NCBI GenBank assembly: GCA_002772995.1
Contig: PFCO01000005.1
Span: forward strand, 17,001-81,000
Length of the DNA stretch: 64,000 nt
Source of the DNA: Candidatus Niyogibacteria bacterium CG10_big_fil_rev_8_21_14_0_10_46_36
GTDB lineage: Bacteria; Patescibacteriota; Minisyncoccia; 1-14-0-10-42-19
Reading direction: 5' to 3'
Every line of letters begins with the position of its first letter. The stretch's first letter is position 1. The translations under genes and the position numbers were made by a program. This document shows, piece by piece, positions 56,013 to 64,000 of this stretch. The notes beneath the pieces are model-generated. The model was not told the DNA's origin. It did not search any database and worked only from the letters and a program-made list of their open reading frames with translations.

Positions 56013-56486
56013 TCAAATTGGCTTTATAACAACATACCGATATTCTCCTTCCCCCCTGCTTTCCGTTGCGATATCCGGATACTCCATAAGTGCCGTATGA
56101 ATAATACGCCTCTCAAAAGGAGACATGGGCTTCATCTCAAGCTCCTTTTTAAAATAGCGAACTCGTTGCGCAGACATCCGCGCAAGCTCATACAACTGGT
56201 CTGCTTTTTGTTTGTTATAGTCATTTACATCAACAACAAACTGCATCCGTTCTTTTTGTTCTTCCGGACTAAATCCAGTCTCTCTATCAACAATGCGGCG
56301 CATAACATGATTTATAGCACGCAGATGCGCTCCATTTTCCCCGATAAGAATAGCGGCATCAGAACTTTTTACATTAAATTTGAGCCCATCCAAATATTCC
56401 ACGGCATCCAAAGACGCCGTAACGCCCATCTTTTCGATAAGCGTATGTAATAAAAAAGAAATTTTTTCTTGTGCTTCTTTATCCAT
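56013..56486 (-). CDS. jag: Jag/KhpB (R3H-domain RNA-binding protein)
   Basis: Start at MDKEAQ (ATG 56486) with GGAG upstream. C-terminal R3H: FERRIIHTALMEYPDIATESRGEGEYRYVVI. Confidence 0.75.
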   Translation of the reverse strand: MDKEAQEKISFLLHTLIEKMGVTASLDAVEYLDGLKFNVKSSDAAILIGENGAHLRAINHVMRRIVDRETGFSPEEQKERMQFVVDVNDYNKQKADQLYELARMSAQRVRYFKKELEMKPMSPFERRIIHTALMEYPDIATESRGEGEYRYVVIKPI

Positions 56487-56508
56487 TGTGCTCCGGTGCT
56501 GGAGAGGA

Positions 56509-57243
56509 TTATTGGTTCTCGGGAGCCAGAGCAAACGATTTTTTTCTCACAACACCTTCGTGTAGGATAGCAAAAACATTGGACGTTGTCCAATAGAGTG
56601 CGAGCGCTGCAGGAAAACGTAATGATATCAGAATAATAAATATAGGAAAGATATACTTCGCCTGGCTCATGAATCGCTTTGTCATGTCTTCAGGAGAGCT
56701 CGCCCCCGCTTTTTCTGTGTTGGGAGGGATGGCAAGCTTCATTTGTATAAACTGTGAAAGCCCCGCAAGGATAGCAACAATAAGGCTGGCCTCTGTAAGA
56801 TTTACGAGGGAAAGGAATTGAACATTTATCTTTTCGGGGAGAGCAATAAAAGAATATAGTAAATGTGCCGAATCAGAAATAGATTTAATGAATACCTGGT
56901 ACAGAGCAATGAGCACGGGGAACTGAATAATAAGCATGAGACATCCGGAAAACGGCGAAACACCATGCTGTTTGTATAATTCCATTGTTTTCTGAGCAAT
57001 CTCCTGTTGATTATTCTTATGTTTTTCTCGTATTTTTTTAATTTCTGGCTCAATCTCTCTTATTTTTATTTGGGTAACAATAGAACGATGAGTAAAAGGA
57101 AAAATAACAAACCGAACCAACACAGTAAGAACAATTACCGCAAGCCCCAGATCATGAAGAGGCATCAGGCCGGTAAGAAATACAAGCGCATTGAAGAGCG
57201 GCTGAAAAAAGAAATCGTTATAGATAGAAAGAAGAAATCCCAT
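56509..57243 (-). CDS. yidC: Membrane protein insertase YidC (short Oxa1-type)
   Basis: LAVIVLTVLVRFVIFPFTHRSIVTQIK...LYKQHGVSPFSGCLMLIIQFPVLIALY. Confidence 0.85.
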   Translation of the reverse strand: MGFLLSIYNDFFFQPLFNALVFLTGLMPLHDLGLAVIVLTVLVRFVIFPFTHRSIVTQIKIREIEPEIKKIREKHKNNQQEIAQKTMELYKQHGVSPFSGCLMLIIQFPVLIALYQVFIKSISDSAHLLYSFIALPEKINVQFLSLVNLTEASLIVAILAGLSQFIQMKLAIPPNTEKAGASSPEDMTKRFMSQAKYIFPIFIILISLRFPAALALYWTTSNVFAILHEGVVRKKSFALAPENQ

Positions 57244-57251
57244 GGTATGTA

Positions 57252-57479
57252 TTATGGAAGAGGGTCATGCCCTCCTTTTGAAAACGGATGGCAGCGAAAC
57301 ACTCTTCTTGTGGTATAAAAAAAAGCCTTAAAAAAACCGAAACGCTGAAACGCCTCAAGGCCATACTCAGAACAAGACGGAAAAAAGCGGCATGACGGCG
57401 TCCGCTTTATAAATATATTTTTGTCAGGAGAAAGGATTTTTTGATAGAGAGCAATGCTCTGCCGAACAACACTATTCAT
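57252..57479 (-). CDS. yidD: Membrane protein insertion efficiency factor YidD
   Basis: SIALYQKILSPDK...CRFFPSCSEYGLEAFQRFG...HPFSKGGHDPLP. Confidence 0.85.
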   Translation of the reverse strand: MNSVVRQSIALYQKILSPDKNIFIKRTPSCRFFPSCSEYGLEAFQRFGFFKAFFYTTRRVFRCHPFSKGGHDPLP

Positions 57480-57813
57480 ATAACAGGGATTGTTTTTTCA
57501 AAACATATAATACTGCGTCTTCTATATCCTGTCTTTTACGAAACTGCTTTTGAAAAACAATAATAATATCATACCCCTTTTTGATGGAAGAGACAAAACG
57601 AAACAGGATATCTTTTGTTTTTCTGCGCATGGTGTTGCGGGTAACGCTTTTTTTTGCAACCTTAGAAGATATCACCACAGCAAAGCGCGGGCGGGGTTTG
57701 TTATTCTTCTTATAATATAAAGTAATGCCACTTCCTTTTTCTCTTTTCCCGCGCACGAAAACAAGCTTCACCTCATACGAGGAAAGACGATATTCATGAG
57801 GGAGAGCGCTCAT
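57472..57813 (-). CDS. rnpA: Ribonuclease P protein component
   Basis: Start chosen at ATG 57813 (MSALPHEYRLSSYEV...); the track's 57828 start is TTG. K/R-rich RnpA motifs (RLRFAVVISSKVAKKSVTRNTMRR). Confidence 0.8.
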   Translation of the reverse strand: MSALPHEYRLSSYEVKLVFVRGKREKGSGITLYYKKNNKPRPRFAVVISSKVAKKSVTRNTMRRKTKDILFRFVSSIKKGYDIIIVFQKQFRKRQDIEDAVLYVLKKQSLLYE

Positions 57814-57820
57814 ATGTCCT

Positions 57821-57958
57821 TTAGACAACTACTCTTTTCCGCCCTTTCTGCCTTCTTCTGCGAACAACATTCCTTCCTGCCGTCGTGCTTTTTCTCTTTA
57901 AAAATCCGTGAGACCTCTTTCTCTTCCTTTTTTTGGGTTGATAGGTTCGTTTTGGCAT
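57821..57958 (-). CDS. rpmH: 50S ribosomal protein L34
   Basis: Manual minus-strand translation gives [45 protein letters not shown]. The ORF track omits it because it is shorter than 60 aa. Confidence 0.85.
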   Translation of the reverse strand: MPKRTYQPKKRKRKRSHGFLKRKSTTAGRNVVRRRRQKGRKRVVV

Positions 57959-58120
57959 GTGTTTCTTACTTTACCACAGAATTTTATATTTACAATATTA
58001 ACAGCTCATCCACAGATTGTTAACATAAGTAGTAACCTTATCGGGGTTTCTTTATAAAAAACTGCGGGTGCTATAATACCATTATATCTATTCTTTTTTT
58101 TATTCTAAACAGACCTGCTT

Positions 58121-59485
58121 ATGTTTATGACAAACGAGGAGTTGTGGCAAAAGACGCTTGAGGAAATACGGTTCGAAGTTTCAACAGCTAATTTTATTAC
58201 CTGGTTTCAGCATACCATTATTACTGAACAAAAAGACCAAGCAATTACCGTCGGCGTGCCGAATGCTTTTGTAAAAGAATGGATAGAATCAAAATACCAA
58301 AAACCTATTCTTAAAATAATACGAAATTTTGTCCCCGATGTTCGGTCTGTGGAGTTTTCTATACTTCCAAAACTTTCTCAGAAACAACAACCGGCATCTT
58401 TGGTTAAAAAACAACAACCCCAGGAACAACAAGAAATATCCGAGCTCTCTATAGACAAAGAAACAAACCTCAACCCACGCTATTCTTTTGATAACTTTAT
58501 TGTGGGTTCTTTTAATGAGCTCGCATATGCTGCCTCTCAGGCTATTGTAAATAACCTCGGTGCGGTTTATAACCCGTTTTTCATCTACGGTGGTGTTGGG
58601 TTGGGAAAAACACACCTCTTACAAGCTGTAGGAAACGAAATACGCAGAAAAAACCCGCACACAAAGATAAAATACATATCATCGGAAAAGTTTACAAATG
58701 AATTTATAACAGCTGTTCAAAATAAAGAAACAAATTATTTCAAAGAACGGTATCGGATGATAGATTTGCTTATTATTGACGACATTCAATTTATATCAAA
58801 AAAAGTTCAGACCCAAGAAGAAATATTTCACACATTCAACACGCTATACGAGAACAATAAGCAGATTATTTTATCATCAGACAGACCCCCAAAACTAATA
58901 GAAAACCTTGAGGAACGCCTCCGGTCGCGCTTTGAGGGAGGTATGATAGCCGACATATCAGAGCCGGAGTACGAGGCCCGTCTCGCAATACTTCACACAA
59001 AAAGGAAGGAGAAAGACCTCACAATAGCGGATGATGTCTTGGAATATATAGCGGCATCTATAAAATCAAATATTCGCGAACTAGAAGGCGCTCTTAACCT
59101 TATCGCTGTCCGATTAAAACTCCAAAAAAGCCCTCTCTCTATAAACGAGGTGAAAGAAATACTCTCAAAACACATCCAACCAAGAAAGGTGGTTACCGCA
59201 AAACAAATAATCCGCGCTGTAAGTAAATTTTATAATACACAAGAAAAATTCCTTATAGAAAAAACAAGGAGGAAAGATATTGTAAAACCTCGCCAAATAG
59301 CAATGTACCTTCTTCGAGAAGATTTTAATGGATCATACCCCTACATCGGACAAAAACTTGGCGGAAGAGATCACACAACAGCGATACACTCATATGAAAA
59401 AATATCGCGCGATATCAAAAAAGACAAACAACTCCAGGAGGAAATAAAACAAATTCGACTAAATTTTTACTATAATCAAGAATAA
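58121..59485 (+). CDS. dnaA: Chromosomal replication initiator protein DnaA
   Basis: FDNFIVGSFNELAYAASQAI...FFIYGGVGLGKTHLLQAVGNE, LIIDDIQF, sensor and domain IV (PRQIAMYLLRE). Confidence 0.9.
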   Translation: MFMTNEELWQKTLEEIRFEVSTANFITWFQHTIITEQKDQAITVGVPNAFVKEWIESKYQKPILKIIRNFVPDVRSVEFSILPKLSQKQQPASLVKKQQPQEQQEISELSIDKETNLNPRYSFDNFIVGSFNELAYAASQAIVNNLGAVYNPFFIYGGVGLGKTHLLQAVGNEIRRKNPHTKIKYISSEKFTNEFITAVQNKETNYFKERYRMIDLLIIDDIQFISKKVQTQEEIFHTFNTLYENNKQIILSSDRPPKLIENLEERLRSRFEGGMIADISEPEYEARLAILHTKRKEKDLTIADDVLEYIAASIKSNIRELEGALNLIAVRLKLQKSPLSINEVKEILSKHIQPRKVVTAKQIIRAVSKFYNTQEKFLIEKTRRKDIVKPRQIAMYLLREDFNGSYPYIGQKLGGRDHTTAIHSYEKISRDIKKDKQLQEEIKQIRLNFYYNQE

Positions 59486-59713
59486 CTCCGCCCTGAATAA
59501 AGATGTGTACTGTATGTGAATATAAAAAAGAATAAAAAAAATAAACCACAGCAAGAACACACAATACACACACCGCACACAAAAAACTACACACAATATT
59601 AACACCAAGAAGACAAAATAAACCTTACACAATAACAATCATTCACCTTATACACATTATTCACACCCCCTATTGTTACTACTAATTAAGTATAAAGAAT
59701 ATATAGTTATCAT
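59486..59713. promoter_or_regulatory. Candidate oriC (dnaA-dnaN intergenic): AT-rich, ACACA-rich, tandem DnaA-box-like 9-mers
   Basis: TTATACACA (59648-59656) directly abuts TTATTCACA (59657-59665), both one mismatch from TTATCCACA. There are additional CTACACACA / AATACACAC elements. The rpmH-rnpA-yidC-jag | dnaA-dnaN synteny is typical of origins. Confidence 0.45.
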
Positions 59714-60811
59714 ATGAACACATCTTGTGTAAAAGAAGATCTGCAAAAAGCACTCACGGTAGCTGAGCGGCACACAAGCGCAGAGGAGAACCTTCCATTA
59801 CTGAAAGGCGTCCTTTTAGAAAGCAGTGAGAATAAGTTGTATGTGCGATCGACAAATCTTGATACCGGTATTGAGGTGTTTGTGCCCACGAAAACAAAAA
59901 GAAAAGGGTCTGTTGTTGTTCCTGCGAAGACATTCTCATCTTTTTTAACCACCTTACCTGATGAGCGGATAACGCTTGATGTGAAGAATGGAAATCTAGT
60001 TGTAACGACGCCGTCAACTTCAACAACCATTAAGGGGTATTCTGCTGATGACTTTCCTCCATTTCCTAAGTTAAAAAAAACAACATCTATACAGATTTCT
60101 AATGATGATTTATCTAGAGATTTATTAAGTGTTGTTATTGCTGCGTCGTCATCCGAAATAAAGCCAGAGATATCAAGTGTTCTTTTTAGTGTCCAAAAAA
60201 AAGGTATTAAATTTGTAGCAACAGATTCATTTCGGTTAGCAGAAAAGACGATACCTTTTTCTTCAGATCAATATTATTCTCTTCTTTTCCCGTTTCGTCA
60301 TGTGCTTGAGTTGATTAAGGTGGTGGAGATTTTTCCGTCTTCGCTTGAGATATTGTTTGATTCAAATCAAGCAATTCTGCGTGGTAATAATTTTTTATAT
60401 TTCGCTCGTTTGCGTGATGCGTCATTTCCTCAATATGAGCAGATCATACCAACTTCGTTTGCTACAGAGGTTACGCTTAAAAAATCAAACTTTCTAAAAG
60501 CGATACGTGGAGCAAGTATTTTTTCGGGGCGTCTTCGGGAGGTGTGTTTTAATGTGTATCCTGAGGATAATTTATTTGAGGTTGTTACAAAAAATAGTGA
60601 TATTGGGGAGTATGTGAGCCAAATACCCGCCAAGGTAACCGGAGAGCGCTTAAGTGTTAATTTTAATTATGGTTATATTATTGATGGCATTAATCAAATA
60701 TCCTCAGATGATATTATTCTCCGTTTTAATGGCGAGTCAAAGCCGGTATTAATACAGAATCCATATAATGCGAGTTATATTTATCTCGCTATGCCGATGA
60801 AGAATATATAA
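59714..60811 (+). CDS. dnaN: DNA polymerase III beta sliding clamp
   Basis: 365 aa, three-domain clamp. MNTSCVKEDLQKALTVAERHTS...LPLLKGVLLES. Confidence 0.85.
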   Translation: MNTSCVKEDLQKALTVAERHTSAEENLPLLKGVLLESSENKLYVRSTNLDTGIEVFVPTKTKRKGSVVVPAKTFSSFLTTLPDERITLDVKNGNLVVTTPSTSTTIKGYSADDFPPFPKLKKTTSIQISNDDLSRDLLSVVIAASSSEIKPEISSVLFSVQKKGIKFVATDSFRLAEKTIPFSSDQYYSLLFPFRHVLELIKVVEIFPSSLEILFDSNQAILRGNNFLYFARLRDASFPQYEQIIPTSFATEVTLKKSNFLKAIRGASIFSGRLREVCFNVYPEDNLFEVVTKNSDIGEYVSQIPAKVTGERLSVNFNYGYIIDGINQISSDDIILRFNGESKPVLIQNPYNASYIYLAMPMKNI

Positions 60812-60855
60812 AACTTTCATACACAATAAAAAACACCCACAATTATGGGTGTTTT

Positions 60856-63465
60856 TTATTGTGTACACTCACCCGAAGGGTCTCCGGGGTTACATATAGT
60901 GATTGGTTTTTCTGTAAAGTTTGAGTTTCCTACGGAATCATATACACGCACCAGTAGGGTTGTTTTTCCATTTATATCTATAAATGGAATTTCTTTTGTT
61001 ATTGTGTGTGTATTTTTTTGTTGGTTTACTATGACGCTTCCTAAAAAGAAGTTCCCAATAAATACATCAATTTGTTTTATGGGAAAATTTCCATTTGCTT
61101 GTATTGAGAAAGATAGCGTTTCTCCAGGGTGTGTAGTGAGTGGTGTAGGTGATGTAAAAGAAACTGATGGTTTGTGTTCTGGTCTGTGTATAGTGTCGAA
61201 TTCCTTTGGGATGTCATTTGTTGTTTGTTCTTGGATGTGTTGCGATTCTGCCCACCTACGAACCGCATACTCCCATAAAGAAAATTGGGGGTCTTTTGAT
61301 GGGTTTTCAGGTATGTCTCCCTGTGGATTATTTTTATCAACCCAGTACAATATTGAGTGGATTTGTGTTAAGACTTTTTGTTGTTGGAGTTCTGTGGGGG
61401 TATATTCTGTAGCGAGTTTTCCTGATATAGAGTCTATAGTGTATGCGTATGATCCCCTCCACTCACCGCTTAATACCGGCTTTTGTGTTTTTTGGGGTGG
61501 TGGGGGTGTAAAGTTCTCAATGGGAAGCGTGTTAAGCGCTTCGGTGAAAAAAGAGTTCCATAGCGGTGCTGCGATAAAGCCTGCCACCTGTTTCTCCATA
61601 GGTGTGTTGTCGCTGTTCCCAAACCATACACCAAGTGTGAAGTTTGGTGTGTACCCCACAACCCATGCGTCTCGATAATCGTTTGTTGTTCCTGTTTTTG
61701 CTGCGACATCTCGTCCGGGGAAATAAAGATATGAACGCTCCCCAAATGCAGGTGTGCGTGCTGTATTATCGGAAAGCATACTATTTATTTGATGCGCTAT
61801 TTCAGGGTCAAGTACTTGTGTTTGTGGTGGTGTATATTCTTCAAGTGTTTTTCCTTCGTTTGTTTCCACTTTTAATATTGCTGTGGGGGTGTTTTTTGCG
61901 CCATTATTAGCAAACACTGAGTATGCGCCTGCCATCTCTAGTAATTTTACCTCCCCTCCTCCGAGAACGAGTGTGAGACCATATCGATTCGGATCGTTGA
62001 GGGTTGATATACCGAGCGTGCGCGCAGTCGATAAGGAGTTGGTAAGGCCTGCAAGATATAACACCTTTACCGCGGGAATGTTTACTGATTGAGCGAGCGC
62101 TTCCCGGAATGTCATTGGACCCCGGAAAATATTATCGTAATTACCTGGTGCGTAACAGACTGAACCCTCCCCGTATGTGTTTAGTTGGGTGTTTGCGTTA
62201 CAAGAAGGATTGAATTCCGTAGGAAGATCAAAAACGACCGTTTCTGGTGTATATCCTTCTTTGAGTGCTGTGGTGTATACAATAGGCTTAAAGGATGAGC
62301 CTGGCTGGCGCAGACTGATTGTGGTGTTTACCTGGGGATCAAATAAGCAATTTACTCCGGATGTGCATCCGTCAGGTTTCGGTTCTCCCCAAAAGTCCTT
62401 AGAGCCAACCATAACTTGTATACCCCCGGTCTTTGGGTCTATACCAATCATACCCGCATTAAACACGCCGAATTTTTCTTCCTCGTCTGTTACAAATTGA
62501 TTGGTGAGGTCCTCCGCTTTTTGTTGCAACTCCCAGTTTAATGACGTTGTAACCTTGAGACCTCCTGTGTCCACGGTATCTCTCCCGTATTTTTCTCCCA
62601 GCAGATCGAGCACATACATTACAAAATGGGGTGCTTTGAGGCTTTCATCGGCGCGCCCGATGAATTGAACGTCTTTCTGCATCGCCACCTCCGCTTCTTC
62701 TTTTGAAATAAAACCGAGCTCATTCATGCGAGACAATACAATGTTTTTTCGTTTCTCGAGCGCGTCTTTATGTAGGCCATACGGCGAATAATATGTCGGC
62801 GATTGCGGGAGGGATGCGAGATACGCCGATTCCGCGAGGGTGAGTTCTTTTGCGGGTTTCCCAAAGAATGTTTGGCTAGCAGCTTCTATTCCATATGTTT
62901 GTCCTCCATATGGTATTTCATTGAGATAGAGATTAAGGATTTCTTCCTTAGAAAGAATCTGTTCGATTTTTATTGCGAGAATTACTTCTTTTAATTTTCT
63001 TGTGTATTCCTTTTTGCTTGAAAAGAGAGCGTTTTTTATAAGTTGTTGGGTAATCGTGGAGCCTCCCTGCCCGGTGAGGTCTCCTGAGAGGATGTTGGTG
63101 AAAAATGCGCGCACGATACCCTCAATACTGATGCCGTGATGGTTGTAAAAATCAGAATCCTCGATTGCCACGGTTGCGTTTTTAACATTACGGGGAATGT
63201 CTTCAAAAGGAATAATCGTTCGTTTTACAGAGCCGTGCACATCATACAAGAGTACCGTGCCGGTGTTGTCGTATATCTTTGTTGATTGTTCTATTTTTCG
63301 GTCTGTGAATAGAGAAACATCGGGTATATCAAGAGTGATTACCCAAACAGAAAACCCCGCGATGCATAAAAACAACACACCAATACTTATGGACAGGAAT
63401 TGGTGCGAAAACAGCACCTTTTTTATCTTCCTGATAGTTCTCTTTTTTATTATTCTGGGAAGCAT
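60856..63465 (-). CDS. Class A penicillin-binding protein (GT51 transglycosylase + transpeptidase)
   Basis: N-terminal TM. GT51 motifs EDSDFYNHHGI and GGSTITQQL. Transpeptidase motifs SSFKP, SVN and KTGT. Long C-terminal extension. Confidence 0.85.
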   Translation of the reverse strand: MLPRIIKKRTIRKIKKVLFSHQFLSISIGVLFLCIAGFSVWVITLDIPDVSLFTDRKIEQSTKIYDNTGTVLLYDVHGSVKRTIIPFEDIPRNVKNATVAIEDSDFYNHHGISIEGIVRAFFTNILSGDLTGQGGSTITQQLIKNALFSSKKEYTRKLKEVILAIKIEQILSKEEILNLYLNEIPYGGQTYGIEAASQTFFGKPAKELTLAESAYLASLPQSPTYYSPYGLHKDALEKRKNIVLSRMNELGFISKEEAEVAMQKDVQFIGRADESLKAPHFVMYVLDLLGEKYGRDTVDTGGLKVTTSLNWELQQKAEDLTNQFVTDEEEKFGVFNAGMIGIDPKTGGIQVMVGSKDFWGEPKPDGCTSGVNCLFDPQVNTTISLRQPGSSFKPIVYTTALKEGYTPETVVFDLPTEFNPSCNANTQLNTYGEGSVCYAPGNYDNIFRGPMTFREALAQSVNIPAVKVLYLAGLTNSLSTARTLGISTLNDPNRYGLTLVLGGGEVKLLEMAGAYSVFANNGAKNTPTAILKVETNEGKTLEEYTPPQTQVLDPEIAHQINSMLSDNTARTPAFGERSYLYFPGRDVAAKTGTTNDYRDAWVVGYTPNFTLGVWFGNSDNTPMEKQVAGFIAAPLWNSFFTEALNTLPIENFTPPPPQKTQKPVLSGEWRGSYAYTIDSISGKLATEYTPTELQQQKVLTQIHSILYWVDKNNPQGDIPENPSKDPQFSLWEYAVRRWAESQHIQEQTTNDIPKEFDTIHRPEHKPSVSFTSPTPLTTHPGETLSFSIQANGNFPIKQIDVFIGNFFLGSVIVNQQKNTHTITKEIPFIDINGKTTLLVRVYDSVGNSNFTEKPITICNPGDPSGECTQ

Positions 63466-63519
63466 TTTTTTCTGCTATACTTTTAAGTATATATAACTCT
63501 ATAAGGAATGAGTAGTATT

Positions 63520-64000
63520 ATGAAAGAAAAAAAGAAAAAATCAAGAGACGCAATTATCCAGGAAATTATAGGGTCTGCGGTAGAGATAATTGATAGGAAA
63601 AGCTTTGTAAAGAAGATTGAAAGAAAAAAAACAAGGGTGAAGTTCGGTATTGACCCCACCGCACCTGATTTGCATCTCGGCCACATCATTCCGCTCCGCA
63701 TGCTCCGAAAATTCCAAGACATCGGATGTATCATTGTGTTAATTATAGGGGATTTCACGGGTATTATTGGAGATCCGTCTGATAGGAGTGCTGCCCGCCC
63801 CATGATTACAGAGAAAGACGTGCGCCGCAATATGAAAAAATACACTGATCAGGCGTCGCGAATACTTGATATAAAGAAATGCGAAATTCGTTATAATAGC
63901 GAATGGTTTTCTAAGAGGCGCTTTTCTTTTTTTGTGGATATGTTTTCCCGGTTTACCGTCCAGCGCGTATTAGAGCGGGATGATTTTCAAAAACGGATAC
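63520..64000 (+). CDS. tyrS: Tyrosine--tRNA ligase, N-terminal part (runs off window end)
   Basis: Manual translation from ATG 63520 gives MKEKKKKSRDAII...VKFGIDPTAPDLHLGHIIPL (class I HIGH region, TyrRS-like G.DPTA..LHLGH). Confidence 0.7.
   Translation, partial: MKEKKKKSRDAIIQEIIGSAVEIIDRKSFVKKIERKKTRVKFGIDPTAPDLHLGHIIPLRMLRKFQDIGCIIVLIIGDFTGIIGDPSDRSAARPMITEKDVRRNMKKYTDQASRILDIKKCEIRYNSEWFSKRRFSFFVDMFSRFTVQRVLERDDFQKRI

Noticed and set aside
1-64000. CRISPR arrays, rRNA genes, IS elements/transposases
   Set aside because: No regularly spaced direct repeats, no rRNA-like conserved stretches and no transposase or integrase other than the XerC/D-type recombinase were seen on either strand.

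Overview
This 64 kb window is a chromosomal segment from a small, reduced bacterial genome. The gene content is consistent with a CPR/Patescibacteria-like or Gram-positive-type organism: minimal infB, mfd, rpsA and polA, many signal-peptide or membrane-anchored hypothetical proteins, and weak or absent RBSs. It spans the replication origin neighbourhood (rpmH-rnpA-yidD-yidC-jag on the minus strand, then dnaA-dnaN with an AT-rich DnaA-box-bearing spacer) and carries many housekeeping genes. These are ruvA (partial), murD, infB, rbfA, holA, rpsT, mpg, pth, a MutY/Nth-like glycosylase, mfd, rpsA, a ClpC-like ATPase, gyrA, polA, tsaE, pnp, rpsO, xerC/D, pcrA/uvrD, rsmA, PBP1A and tyrS (partial). 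Five tRNAs were found: Ser-CGA, Cys-GCA, Leu-TAA, Leu-TAG and Gly-GCC. No rRNA, CRISPR array or obvious transposase is present. Two accessory regions stand out. (1) At about 24.9-28.4 kb there is a gene for a Cys-rich / pilin-like / lytic-transglycosylase fusion protein, followed by a tandem array of four small VirB2/TrbC-like pilin paralogs. (2) At about 43.7-56.0 kb there is a type IV secretion-like cluster. It contains a VirB6/TrbL-like polytopic protein, a PrgI/VirB3-like protein, a VirB4-type ATPase (Walker A GKAGGGKS, DEAW Walker B) preceded by a separate ORF resembling a VirB4 N-terminus, several secreted or anchored proteins, and a second pilin-like/peptidoglycan-hydrolase fusion. No relaxase or VirD4 is seen in the window. 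The tRNA cluster also contains a striking structure: the two halves of a canonical tRNA (acceptor, D arm, anticodon stem, then anticodon-stem 3' side, T arm, acceptor 3' side) flank a 169-nt insert that itself holds a complete tRNA-Cys inside a perfect 12-bp inverted repeat. All calls are from reading the sequence and motif knowledge. No database searches were run.
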